A DNA stretch of 63,111 bases, filler included, from Reticulomyxa filosa (GCA_000512085.1; 16 parts of 16 records of this genome joined end to end with filler, not necessarily neighbours in it), one strand, 5' to 3'; shown: positions 1-15,444, counted from the first letter of the whole stretch. Numbers and translations: made by a program. Notes: generated by a model not told the origin, from the letters alone.

Positions 1-39
1 TGTGTGTGTGTGTCTTCCCTTCTTTCTTCTTGTGTAGGA

Positions 40-3000
40 GAAAGAGTGCAACAGCGACGATGGACAAATAGAATTTGATGAAACTGATGATATGCTGTCA
101 ATGCAACTTGGAAACCTGTCTCAAAAGTGGACAAAGCAAGATAAAGCGTCACAGAAGGACACAAAGCAAGATGTTTCGCCGACAGCGCAAGTACCAGCGA
201 CGAACGGCAGTAATAATGAGAATGAGGGAGCTTCGGCACACCAGTCAACAATTGACACCCAATCAAACATCAAGACTGAGCCCACGGAAACTAAAATCGA
301 TAATAACAATAATATAGGATTCTTTGACTACGACTTTGTCAGTAGCCAAACGGATGTCCTCCGCTTGTTCCTTTGATTGAGTACGCTCAGCCAGAAACAC
401 ATAATGTTCAAACACCAACAGAATCTTATGCTCAGGAAGTTTAGCAAGTGTGCTTTTTTTTATTGTTGTTGTTCCTAATTAAAGAGGAAGGGAGCGAGGG
501 TATTTCTAAAAAAGACAAATATAAATAAATAAATAAATGGATGGTTTCAAAGTCAAGGAATTCAGAGAACACTGATGAAAGCGCGCAACAAAAGACAATG
601 GAACAAATTGTAAACGAGAAAACTCCTATTCAAGAAGTGAGAGTTAGCACTGGTGTCAATAGTGATATTACGACGAAGAGCGCCTTTGTGAATAAAAATG
701 AAATTGCTTATAAAAAGAACTTAATGCTGCCCAAGAGTGCACCAGCAAAGGTGGAAGAGAAGCAAAAGAAAGGATTTAAGATGCCCCGAATCATTGTACC
801 AAAAAGTGCTGTCTCTTCTGTGCCTCCACCCATTGTTAATAGTGCCGTTGTCAACCCTCCCCTCAATCCTCCGCCTGTGGTCAGATCCTTCCCAAACGCC
901 AACGAAAACTTTACCATTCAAACAAAACGAGGTTTGTTCATCCGTCCTGTTGATTTTTTACTCATATTTTATTTTTCAATATCAAATCAAACTAAAAATG
1001 ACATCATTTTGGATTGCCTTCTGTATGACTTTAGAAGATCAATCAGACTCAAAACATTACAAATTGCAACAGTTTGACAAATTTTTGCAAGGTATAATCA
1101 TTGTTTTGTTGTTTCTTTTATGGAAATTATCTATTGTCCTTGCTTCATTCAAAGACATTTTTTTTTGGTTGGGCTGAACGGATGGTGTTTCACAGAACTA
1201 GAAAAAAAAGACGAATGGGGTCAGGATGATTTGTGTGATCTAGAGGGAGAGAACAAAAGTGTCAATACTTCAGCCCCATTAATTCAAAAAGCAACAGCGA
1301 ATATTTCGTGTAATAATTTTTCGAGAAGTTGAAATGAAAATTGTACTTTTATTTTCTTTTCAAAAAAAAAACAAAACGAAATGCTCACACTCTTTTCTTT
1401 GGTGTTCAAATGTAATTTCAACTTGTGATGAAATAATAGAAAACAATAATGCACACGAGATGACAAAGCCAGAAGATGAACGTAGTTCAAATGGGTTATT
1501 CCAATCAGCAGCAGTGCCATTACAAACCAATTTCAAAGCAAATACAATCATTAATGCAAGACAACAAGATATTGGGATGCCAACGCACACACTGCCGTTT
1601 CAAAAAAACCAATCGAAGGGACTGAATCGAGTTATGGACAAGCCTTTCCAGGCCCCACGAGTGAGACCCATTATACCTGGTGATTGTCCTAATCCTGAAA
1701 CAGCGTCAAAACGTTCTGTTCTTTCTTGTTCAGTCGCGTGAAGAATTTTGAAGGCCATAAAAAAAAAAAACAAAAAAAAAACGCTACATCTCTCTTTGTT
1801 CATGTTTGGCGTGCAATTTCTCTTGAACAATAACAACAACAACAACAAACAAAAAACAACAAAACTAGAGCAAGTAATGGGCGAGAGCTCAAGCATGGAA
1901 AATGGAAGGCCAAATCTTTATTTGAACAACGGAATGCAAGCATCCAAACCAATGGCAACGCAAGGCTTTTGTAATGCAAAACTCGGGGTCGGACTCTCCA
2001 AAGCCGAGCAGTTAGACCTCCTTTTGAAAAGTTTGTTGATATGTTGTGTTATTTGTTTTGCTTTTTTTTGTGTTGTGTCGTTCCATTAAAAAAAAAAAAA
2101 AAAGCAACTTGATTGATGTGATCAGGACTGGAGACATGTGACGAAACGGAAGCAAAGAGATTGGACATGGAGAGCTATCCAATGAAAGACATAGCAGATA
2201 CATCAGAACAAAACGAAGACAATAATCCACCCAATTCAAATGTGGACAGACCACCTGAAACAGGTATATTTGTACGGGCAAGTGCAGGTCTATGTCAAAC
2301 CAAAGCTGCTGGGGATTCATTGTTCAAGTCCGCTGCGTCAAGCTTTGCTTTTCAGTCCGCAGCAGACGCACCATCTTTTAGATCGGCAACGACAAGACAG
2401 TTCGAATCATGGAATAACAAACCAACGGCAATGAGCATGTTAGGTGATCCGGAGGCTGAGCGACCCACAAGCACTTGCAACAGCGAAATGGAAGAATCAC
2501 ATCGATATGAACGTTGAGTCATCTTTTTGTTCTTATTCTTCTCTCTTTTGAATATATTTTCGACAAATCAGAACTACAAGAAATATCAATTAAAAAAAGG
2601 ACTTGCGCCGAATAATGGTGAGGAATTGGGTAAAGATAGTATGGGTGACTTAAAACTGGCAACTGAAACAATGAACAAAGGCGAACACGACAACTTTCAT
2701 TCGCTTACTACAAATGAAGAAAAACCGTTGGCAACAAATTTGTTCCAAAGTGCAAGAAGTGGCCTTGTTGATGCAAGTTTACTGGCCATGAAGAAACCAC
2801 AACAGGCAAAATTTGATGTGAAAAACATTCGATACAATGCACCATTGAAAGACCCTAGCAGCTATCGAAAACGAAAACTTCTTGACGCTGATGATACGAT
2901 TACGATAAAAAGAAGACGCCTGGGCGATGATTCTGAACATAACGAAGATATCAATAACATTAACCACGATAACAATGATCACGACAGCAACAATGCAAGC

Positions 3001-3644
3001 AATTGTGTGAGTTTGCAAGATTTCGAAGCTTTTCCTGATTCAGTCTGGGAAGATTGTGACAGTAAAGTATTACAATATGAAAAGAATAAAGATAGCACCG
3101 AAAAAACACGTGTTCGTGTCAGCACATTACAGTATGTTGTGCACACCACTCCAGCCATAATAAAAGACACATAGAAAAAAACAAAAATGTCAACTATAGG
3201 GGTCATTTGTCATTTACAAACCATAAATAAATATATATATGTATATATTCTGGCCAGTAAACAGAGCCATCAAATATTGAACAAAGAAAATATGTAAACA
3301 GTTTTTCAATTATTTGTGATGTGAATGTTGATAGCCAATCTGCAAACAATAATCATTTGACTTCCGTTCCAACTTTGGCAAGCTATCGCGTAGCAGAAGG
3401 AGTAACGTTAGAGACAGCGGATCCAGTTATTAAACAAAAAGTAGGACAAAAAAATCGAATGGCAAGGCTAGATGGCAAAATCCTTTACTGGCAAAAAAAA
3501 CAACGCAGTTTTTTTTCTCCCTCTTATCTTTCATTTCATCCTTTTCAGACAATACGATAGTTGTTGGGATGTTTTTTTGGAATAGGAAATAGTTTGTCGT
3601 TTGGCTGTCCTATGTTGGAGACTACCAAAAGTGAAAATCGCTAA
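40..3644 (+). CDS. Multi-exon, low-complexity hypothetical protein with repeated FxxA and FxxP motifs (5' end probably outside the window)
   Basis: Successive hydrophilic + strand ORF segments (92-376, 541-930, ~1410-1730, ~1870-2030, 2161-2517, ~2600-3130, 3321-3470) are separated by A/T-run introns. No globular domain was recognised. Confidence 0.5.
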
Positions 3645-4473
3645 GACATCATGATTTGGGAATTGAATGTTTGACTGTACACAGATGTCTTCGTCATCTG
3701 AGTTTGACTCATATGATGCTAACTGCACGTTTGGTCAGTGGCAATAGTTGTTGTTATTTACCAAATTTTTACTCACAAACTCCTGGGAGTTACGACTCTC
3801 ACATCCTGCACAACTTAAATCGTACATGGACATTGAAAAAGCTAATTTTTTTGTTTAGTTTAATTTTAACTTCTGACATATTCGTTAAAACGCTTCACAC
3901 TCCAAGTAAACTATTTACGTAAATTGACTTTGTGTGGTCAATTGTGGAGTGATTCAAAATTTTTAAGCAAGAACCAAATAAAAAATTGTCTATATCAGCT
4001 TAAAAAATGAAATGATGAAGCCAGTAGGTATTCAACACCGTGATAGTTAAACAAATTGTATTAAATATTTATTTTTCATGGAAATGCTCGCAAATGTAGA
4101 GTTTATTGTAGGAAGGAGTTATCTAAGTGTAATACGAAAAATTTGTTCACAATTAACCGAGATGTATGGCCATATACGAGATATACAATCCCGTATGCTA
4201 ATTTTGTTTGTCATAAAAATATTTTGATCTAAATCGGATCAAGTTTTTCATCAAAATTCTCAGTATGTCTCTATTGATATTGTATTAGATAGAGTTGTCG
4301 CTCTTGTTCAAGTTTATCAAACATGTTGAATTTTTTGAAATGAAATGCTAAGACAATGAAGTGGACACGAGGGATTTTCAATCATAACGAGCAACTTGTG
4401 CAGAAGAAAAAGGGAGACGGGAGGAAAAGCACAAAAAAAATTTGAAGCTATATATTAATTAAAAACAAATACA

Positions 4474-5740
4474 ATGCTTCCTGATGCGGGTTCTCAACGG
4501 TTTTATGGTGGCTACGGTTCTTCAGGAGATGAAATGACCTCAAGTAGTGATGATGATGAGAATGAAGTGAGATCGCAAGCGATGTTACTTCCAACGAGTT
4601 TGTCGAAGGCGAAAAACTACACAGCAGAGGAGAATTGGGATGACTTTGTGTATCATTCATCGAACAAAGATAATGGGGGTAACTTGAACTTGTCAAACAA
4701 CGGGAGCAATACAAAAACGGGGCATTCACGTATGCAGCGTAGTCAATCCTTTCATAAGCATCAGCGACATTTTCAGAAGCCAATGAGTTCAGGAAACAAT
4801 TCTTCAATGTTGTCCCTTCAACGAGGTTAAAAAACAAAAAACCAAAAAAAAAAAAAAAAAAAGACCTTTTCAAATGTTTGATTATGAATTTCAATTAAAC
4901 ATTCAAAGTTTTGTATTGTTGTGATTGGTTGCCAAAAATGGAAATGATTGGTTGATGGCAATGGAACATGGTTGAAAACGATGGATCAGGAAAATATGAC
5001 CCCAGTGTAGTATTAGCATTGAACCCAATCAACCCCTATTCTCAGTCGGACAGGTCACAGTTCTATTCTCAGCAAATGAACGCGTACGACCGACTGCATT
5101 TTCATTACTACGATCACGTGAAAAACGCAATGGTGCTGGACGAACACAAAGAGATTGAGTACAAGCCCAAGACAAGCAAAAGCGAAGGTACGAATGAGAC
5201 AAAGGAAGAAAAAGCCGAGGCCAAAGAGAAAGAAAAAGAAAAAGGAAAAGGAAAAGGAAAAGGAAAAGCAAAAAAAGAAAAGGAAAGAGAAGATGACGAA
5301 GATGAGGACGCTGAAGAAGCACAAACAACTGGCAAGACAAAGACAAAGAGTAGCTTTACATTTGAAAATGTTGCACATATCAATGCCACGACGACGACCA
5401 AAGAAACCATGAATGATCCCAAAAATCAAACCGCGTTTGATTGGTCGGACGCCTATTCGCCACACTCACAAGATGACAATGACAGTGCTGTGTCACCACG
5501 GGAAGACCCCAACACAAAAGCCAACGAAGACAACCCAAAATCCCCTCTTTCGCCCCTCGAAGAGTCACGACTGAGTTATCGCTGGAACGCCTTGGATTCA
5601 CTGATTTTCACGTCGCCACAGTCGTTCACTTTTTTTCAAGAATATCGACACTTGCGATTTTCCCATGGTCTGTTGTCCAGCACTAAGAAACTTAATGAGA
5701 AAATTATGAATTTGTGGCGAATGACTGATAGTGTTACGTG
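4474..5740 (+). CDS. Hypothetical protein, N-terminal part (at least 2 exons, truncated by contig end)
   Basis: ORFs 4474-4830 and 4968-5894 are separated by a GT-starting A-rich intron. There is a K/E/G-rich tract at 5200-5320, and an ordered-looking segment (WNALDSLIFTSPQSFTFFQEY) begins near 5580. Confidence 0.5.
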
Positions 5741-5803
5741 CCGTATGTGTCTGTGTGTATGTGTGCATGTGTGTATTTGTATGTTCATTTTTGTTTATGC
5801 TTC

Positions 5804-5842
<39 letters not shown>

Positions 5843-5942
5843 NNNNNNNNNNNNNNNNNNNNNNNNNNNNNNNNNNNNNNNNNNNNTTAATTAATTAANN
5901 NNNNNNNNNNNNNNNNNNNNNNNNNNNNNNNNNNNNNNNNNN
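5843..5942. other. Artificial contig spacer (N-run, TTAATTAATTAA, N-run). It recurs at about 20643, 21776, 23025, 24816, 27869, 29544, 31087, 32237, 33337, 41058, 43075, 47083, 54204 and 58650
   Basis: The same ~100-bp construct occurs 15 times, and its 12-mer carries stop codons in all six frames. Confidence 0.98.
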
Positions 5943-5974
<32 letters not shown>

Positions 5975-5979
<5 letters not shown>

Positions 5980-6809
5980 TAATCCAAAAGGATTGACAGG
6001 TTGACACTCACTCATGGCTTTCATTCGAGATGCCCGTGAACACACATCTGTATCTCCATCAGGAACATAAGGGTTCCCGTCCGTTATCAAAATATTGATC
6101 CAGCTTGCGTAGGGATTACCCTCTGCGGAAAACATTGTCATTACTTGCTCTAATGCGGCAACTAAATTCATTTTCAAAAAACCAAAAAAGTATTTTCTAT
6201 TATTGTAAAATCGTTATCAAACAAACAAATAAAAAAAGTACTTAATACCAGTGTTGGTGTTTCCTCCAGTGTAATTGATGTTCATAGCAAATGTTTCAAG
6301 CTGGGATTGTGTGTACGACTCAGACCCAACAAGATCTAACAAAAGCGTTGATGTACTGCCAAATCGAATGAACGCCACACGTGAATCGAAAGCCAAACCT
6401 GAGTCAATGATTTGTGCAATCCATTGTAATGCTACTTGGAAAGAGCTCGCTCCCACCGAGCTACTGGCATCAATTGTGAACACCACATCCATTGTCACAT
6501 TCGATGCACATGCTACTCATTTATTTTTTTGTTTGTTTAATGGCTCGTTACTTTTTTTTTCCATGTTCGAATCCATTTTATCCCTGTAACAACTTAACTG
6601 CATCGTGCATTTTGCCAATAGCATCCACTCGCAGTGTTACATGAGGTTTGTGTAGTAAAAGTATTGCAGTCTATTTTTTCCACAGTTCATTTGTTTTGCT
6701 TGATCAGTCCGCCTTTGAGCAGCACAAATTTGCACATACTTGCAGCATCTACAAACTGTAACCAGGTCACAATTACCAAACCTACTGCCAATAATAATTT
6801 CAACTGCAT
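5975..6809 (-). CDS. Secreted von Willebrand factor A domain protein (matrilin/integrin-I-like), 3' truncated
   Basis: Signal peptide MQLKLLLAVGLVIVTWLQFVDAA from ATG 6809, then a short Cys-rich exon (CNTFTTQTSCNTASGCYWQNARC). The vWA domain has complete MIDAS elements: DVVFTIDASSSVG, GGNTNT and ILITDG. Confidence 0.85.
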
Positions 6810-7665
6810 ATTTCACGACAACAGAAAGGGTCAAAATTTTTTGTACAAAAAATGTTGTGCGAGTTACCGTCTGGAATTTGTATTAGGATAAACAATGGTT
6901 CACACTTATATCACTGACAACGTGAGCCAAAGACCGAAGAAAAAGTTAGTAAATAAATTTATGAAATTTAAAACATTTAAGCACTTTGAAAAAACAATGT
7001 CGGACAGTCCACAGAAATTGCGACAAAATAAATTTTGTCTGTAGAAAAACACAGAAACTAATTTAACACTTGCTCAATTCCAAACTCAACGCCACACAAT
7101 CACATTTACACATCTCCTAGCTGGAAGCGAAGTGTTTGTTTGTGTTTTTGATAACAAAAAATATGATGTCCCGACTGATGACCATTAAATTCATTTGTCG
7201 ACCCTTGAAAAGATTGAAGTATTTCCTGTTGCTTCACAAAAAAAGATATAAAATGATCTTTTTATATATGTTAATGTCTGACACAACTGAAAAAAAACTC
7301 AGAACAACAAAACTGTGAATATTCTCATTATATTGAAATTAAAAGTTTCCTTGTTATCTCTTCAGTTTCAAAAACTAGAACAACTCTAGTTCTTCTTTGG
7401 CAAAGTAGTAAAAAGGTATTACATGAAAGATAAAAAAAATTTAAAAAAGCAATAGCCCCTTTTATCAACGTACATTTGTTACCTTGCAATTGTATTTTTT
7501 AAAAAATGTGTTCGGAAATTTTAATTGTAGCAAAAAATATTATTTTGACATAAACCTAGAGCTAAATCGCCAATTAAAACAAATCTTGATCGACTGTGCA
7601 AAAAAAAGTGTGAGTGGCCAAGTGCAGAATTGTTGCCCCTTTTGCTAGTATAATTATTTGCTCTA

Positions 7666-9652
<1,987 letters not shown>

Positions 9653-10090
9653 AGATAATTCTCTTTTTTATTACATTTTCTTGTAACGTGTTATAAACTA
9701 AACACTTTTTTGTTTTAAAACTCAACTTGTTAAATACTTCTTATACACGCTATCTTCACAATTTTTTTTATTTTTAGCATTTCGTTAGTTTGCATAATGA
9801 CATGTTTATTTTTTCATTATTACATATTTTGATATAAACAAGCTTTTATGCATCATAGTTAGTTTCGATCTAAATCTTTAGATGTTATCACTTTTACTTG
9901 GTACAAATATTCTCTATAGATTACAGAAAAAAATTCAAATTTCTTTTAAAAATTCATTTTTTTAAGATTTAGTTAAGCTTAGTTCATTATGGCAATAAAA
10001 AAAAAAATTGTTAAGGTAAAAATTTGGAATCTTGTGAGAATAACTGTTGATATTTCGAAATTTAAAAACGCATTAAAGCCAGGTGATAGA

Positions 10091-10960
10091 TTATTGAGCT
10101 GAAACAAATTGATAAACAGCCATTTCCCTGTCAAACCTTCTCTTATCAGAATCACTCATCCTTAAATACTGCTTTTTTTTGCTTTCAGGCAAGTTGTCCC
10201 AGAGTTTCATGAGCTGAATCATTGCCTCTTTAATTTGGCCATTGTCCTGCTTTTTATATTCATCCCAATGCTCCTCAAAGTACCACTCAAAGCCGCTTTT
10301 AGGGGGTTTGGGTCGCGGCATTGAGTCTTTGTCAATAATTTGACGTTTACATAGGTCCACAAACACTCTGCACTGCTTATTGGGACATCGTATTACTTTC
10401 GCTGAGCCTTTCATTTATTGTTGGCATGTCAGCTGCATACATATGTATACACTCAAATGATTTTTTAGTGCACATAGCGTTGTCGAAACTTAACCGGGAT
10501 ATGTTAGTGTGTAATTACATTGAGAATTTAAACATGCAATCGAATATTCTGCCAATGGCTTTTGAATCTTGTGACATTTGGGACATTGAACCAAATTTGC
10601 TATCATCCCCAGCCAAATGACATACACGATCATAGTATTTTAATCATTTGTCATTACAATCTTTTTTTTGTTGTTATTAGCATGATCGATTGCATTTTGA
10701 TAAAAAAACAAGATAGAAGAAAAAATAAATTTAAATGACGAAAGAGCAAGAAAGTTCGGCACAAGTTTACCATTTGGCGGAATTTGCAAATGTACTTTAC
10801 ATTGCACACATAAAATAAAAGTGTGCGGGATTACTGACTTAGTTGGTGTTTTTGTTCTGGTTGAGGTTTTACGTGTATTATCATCACTTTCTTCGTCTGA
10901 AGTATTAACTAAATAATCTATCTTTTCGAAAGTCTTTGTTTTTTTCTTATTTGTTGCCAT
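10091..10960 (-). CDS. Protein with two LSD1-type zinc fingers and a C-terminal HMG box (exons ~10960-10771, 10599-10495, 10407-10091)
   Basis: The spliced translation gives CVQCKVHLQIPPNANLVQCPKC and CLNSQCNYTLTYPGSAKVIRCPNKQC. It continues into an HMG box, PKPPKSGFEWYF...LMKLWDNLPESKKKQYLRMSDSDKRRFDREMAVY. GT-AG introns keep the frame. Confidence 0.8.
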
Positions 10961-11489
10961 TGATCCAACTTTTAATTCGTTGCAATAAAAAAATTTCAAA
11001 TGAGATTCAACCCTTTCTCTACATCAGAATTTGTTACAAATATTGACATCATGGTCTCTACTTTATTGATTGTTAATAGAGCTGATGAATTCAAGATAAT
11101 TTCATATACCAAAAATATTTTAACAAATGAAGTAAATTGTTGGTTCGTGCATGATACTGTTGGTTATTGGCTCAATGTAAAAGCATTTCTTTTCAAAATA
11201 TATGTATTTATTATATTAAACTATTGTCATAATTAATTTTTCGAATGCTTTCTTTTAGAAAAAATAAGTTTTCAAATCACATTGTTTTTGACTATTATCT
11301 ATCACTTTTATCCGAATGTTTGACTTATTACGACCAAAAAATTATAACATACTTATTTAAAAATCGCCTACGCTTGAGCTATAGTAAGTTTTGCAATTGC
11401 AAAAATTTTGTGAGAGCAAGACCCGAAAACAGAAGTTAGAACAAGTCTTGAAGAGTTTTTTTAGAATCGTCTTTGGCTTTGACGTTGAA

Positions 11490-12501
11490 ATGGTTGATAT
11501 CAGAGGTGATCGTTGTGCAATTTTAGTAGGTGGTTCAACCGCACCAGGAATAAATGGAGTGATCAGTTCAATAGTGATTCAATGCACGGAATGGGGGATC
11601 GTGCCAGTCGGGATCCGTTGCGGTTGGAAATATTTGAAACAAGGGTTGACCTCTCCAGACTATCACAAGCCATTGGCAGCACAAGATGTGACAAGAGTGC
11701 ACAACCGTGGTGGAAGCATATTGCAAACGTCAAAGCAGCAATTGGACAGCAAAATGGACGTTCAAAACACAATGCGTGCGTTGCAACATTTGAAAGTGCG
11801 ATATTTGATAACAATTGGGGGGACGGAAACCGCGTTCAGTGCACACAAATTGGCGCAAGCCTGTTCGAAGGCACGAACGAACATGTTTATCACACACGTG
11901 CCAAAGACAATTTTCAACGACCTCCCGTTGCCTGACAACTGTTATACTTTTGGCTTCAGCACCGCGAGAGAATTAGGAGTCAAAATTGTCAGCAATCTTT
12001 GCACCGACGCCAAAACGATGGGGCGTTGGTACATTATCACCGTCATCGGCGCTCGAACGGGACACTTGTCCTTGGGCATTGGTGTCGCCAGTGCCGCCAC
12101 ATTGACACTGATCCCTGAGCAGTTCGAACATCGAAGACCAAAAGGGTAAAACCTCCTTACACACATAAAAAAAAAGTATATATTTTTTCTGATTGATATC
12201 TCCTCCTTAACTTTTTCAAAGAGTCTACAAGGAACATATTACAAAAAGATTTTTTTTATTGGGGGGGGGGGGGGCTGTTATGTGAATGGATGTATATTTT
12301 CAATAGATACACGCAGTTTTGAAGAAAACAACAAAACATACAACACAAAAACAAACAATTAATAATTCATTGTTCGTAGATGTTGGATGATACAAGTCGT
12401 GAAATAATGGATATCCCCTTTTTGTGTGTGCTTTTGTTTCAATGCGTTGTCTTGGACAATAAACAAATGGATACAAATGTAATAATAATGATGATGATAA
12501 C

Positions 12502-12536
<35 letters not shown>

Positions 12537-13500
12537 AAATGTAGGTATTCTTATAAAAACAAATAACAAAAAAAAAGCGAAAAGTGGTGATGAACAAATG
12601 GAAACACTTTCAACGGGACAGAAATATCACACGTTTCAGCATGACGTGAATGAAATGAGAGTGCTGCAGGCACTGCAGAGTGAGCTGAATGCAGACAAAG
12701 AAAGGAGCGTTGAGCCGAAAGACAAACAAGGCAAAACGACCACAACCGAAAAAGACAATTCCACAAACTCAACGAATGTCCATCCCACGAAAGATGTGTT
12801 GCATGAAAGCAAGCAAATGGATACTGATAACAGTATTGATGGAATTTTGCACAGAGCTGGGAATAAGATGAAAGAGTCGTGTTTGGATGGGATAAAACTG
12901 GAAGAAATACTAGATATTATTGATTCAACAATGATTAAGCGATGTGCATCGGGAGGGAAAGACTATGGCACCGTTGTAATCACGGAAGGCTTGGTAGATT
13001 TAATGAACAAAGACGATTTGAATAAATATTTCAATGGCAACATTGACAATGGTCATGCGCTACTTGGACATGTCATTTGCGAGGAACTGACCAAGCGCTG
13101 GAGTTGTCGTCCTCATGATATGTACATTCGAAGCAAGTTCCTTGGCTTCGAGCTCCGAGCTGCTGATCCCAATGCACATGACATTGTTTTGGCTCGAGAG
13201 TTGGGCTATGCCGCCATGATGTCATGTAAAGTACGCCAAATCAATGCCACCATTGTTTCGATGAAAGGAGGGGAGCTGGAAAGTATTCCACTCACTGAAA
13301 TGAGAGACCCTCAAAGGAGAAATGAACCAACTGTGAAAGGGGTCAACATACGTTCTTTGTCCTACAAAGTTGCTGAAAGTTATATGATTCGCTTGCGAAA
13401 GTCTGATTTAGGCGACCAACAAAAACTTCGGAAACTTGCTGAAACTGCCAATTGCAACGAAACCGCATTTATCAACAATTTCACTTATGTTGCTGTTTGA
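11490..13500 (+). CDS. PPi-dependent phosphofructokinase-like protein with non-canonical active-site motifs and a central insertion
   Basis: GGSTAPGINGVI, RGGSILQTS, ITIGGTET, HVPKTIFNDLP, TFGFSTAR, GHLSLGIG, LIPE, GTVVITEG and GFELRAADPNAHDIVLARELGYAA. The intron region is about 12145-12590. Confidence 0.88.
12480..12537 (+). repeat. (AAT)n-type microsatellite inside the PFK intron region
   Basis: Direct reading of aataataatgatgatgataacaataataat... Confidence 0.85.
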
Positions 13501-14006
13501 AATCTAATTTGTCATTTACAAATTCTATTATTTGTAAACTGATTTTGTCGCAAACCACTTTTTTTTTCCCTCCTATTTTTTAGCGAGGTCAGTTTTTTTT
13601 GAGACTGTGTCCAAAACATTTGATACTTTCAATTTGAATGGATGAGAACAGCTATCGTAATAACGCAATTTAAGTGACAACAAAATCACACTTGTCCTTC
13701 AAGACAAAGGGAACGGCCAAAGTTTGTAAGTAAAGCGAAGGAAAAAGTTTATGCTCATTGCTTTACAGCAGTAGTTGAAATATATCATTTTAAAAAATGT
13801 GTTCGATCCACATCAATTTCCAATCTCTATTAGAAGAAAAAGGTACAACTCGAACTAAGGAAAAAACAATGATTTTCTATTTCCTGATTGTTCGAGTTGA
13901 ATTAATTTCATTCTGAAAGAAAGACTAAATGTTAAGTTGCCATCATTGAAAATCTGTTGTCAGCAACAAAAGAATAAAGGAATACTTCAAGTCATTTGAC
14001 TTGCTG

Positions 14007-15444
14007 TCAAGTCTGTTTCTGATTTTTTTCCTCCCAGTCTTTTATTTCCTTTGCTAAAAGATGATATTTTGAGTGCAAGGGCAGTTTATTTTGACAAAGG
14101 GTCCAAATGTCCCACCAATCCATTTTTTGACAGTTACTTGACAATTCAATGTTGTTTTTTTGAGCTAATTTTTCCAAGTTCTTTTGATAGGCATTGATCT
14201 TCCAATCCAATTCTTTGAAATACTCTTGTTGCAGAGCTTTGTCATTCATAATACGAGACCAAATGCTTTGGCCAGTTTTATTTCCATCAGCCGCGTCCTC
14301 CTTTTGTTGTATTGACAATAAGTTTCCAACATATCTGCATTTCTTAGTGCGTGCAGCAGTAGCACTTGATTGTGGCGTTGCCGACATTGAGGTTTCTGCT
14401 TGTTTCTTGGGCGAGTCGGTGGATTTCATTTCTTGTGTTTGATCAGGCTGTCTATGTGGTTGAGTCGCTTTCAATTCGTTGGATTCATTCGTCTCATTAT
14501 GTTTGGCTGTCCTTCTTTGTCCCTGTTGTAACACCTTATTTGCAAGAACACTCCCACGTGAAGTTGTTAGTGCTGTCGTGTTCGCAATGCCATCTGCACC
14601 TGCGCTCAACTGATGCATTGTAGCATCATCCGCAGCCAAAAGCAGCTTCGCTTTTTTTTCTGCATTTTGTTCTTGTGCGCTATCATTATTGCCTTTGGTT
14701 ATTGTCTCCACATTCATTTTCTTATTTTGGGTACCATCGGCCTGTTCTTGCTTTGGGGTATTACTATCATTACTATTGTTATTATTATTCGCATTAATTT
14801 TTTTGCCCATTGTATGCAATGCCAGTCGTCTCAGCTCCGATATTTTTTTTTCTTGCTCAGTCTCGATATCTGTCGTCGTCGACGTTTGATCCGACGTTTT
14901 TGTGTTTATTGAAATATCAAAAGTATCGTCATTTGTGCTCGAATTGCGATTTCTTTGTACTGCCACAGTGCGACTTTTTTTTGTCCCAAGACAAAAAACA
15001 ATCAATTACAAATCATCAAAAAGGTAGTGATAGGGGCGATAAAAAGTTGTCAGAAAGTGATTTACAAAACGTCAAAGGCTTTGTGATAGTATTTGGCTTG
15101 GCTTGCAAATAAGTCGCGACACTGTTCAAAATGGGGTTGTCTTGACTTATTCCTCTAGTACCCCTTCCTCGGACGATTACTCCTCTTTCAGACGCAATTG
15201 TTTCTATTCTCTCTCGTTTTTGTCGGCCTCGTAGGGGATTATTATTTGCATTTGTGTAAATAGGGGACCGGACCGTGTTCTGTGTTTGTAAGGAATTGTT
15301 ATTTCCTGGGGAATTTACGCGCTGTCTTTTAGGTTGGTGACCAGAATTTGCATTTCCTCTTTGGAATTGTGCTAAATTTCGTTTCATATGAAATGGACGT
15401 TTGGAACCTTTTCCTGTCCCGTACTCCTTCAAAAAACACAACAC
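14007..15444 (-). CDS. Hypothetical protein: low-complexity N-terminus and a small helical C-terminal domain
   Basis: ORFs 15016-15444 and 14007-15005 are probably two exons. The ordered C-terminus reads SIWSRIMNDKALQQEYFKELDWKI...WWDIWTLCQNKLP. No family was recognised. Confidence 0.55.

Noticed and set aside
5029-5465. Phe/Leu/Ser-rich minus-strand ORFs
   Set aside because: They are antisense shadows of the K/E/G-rich purine tract in the + strand gene.
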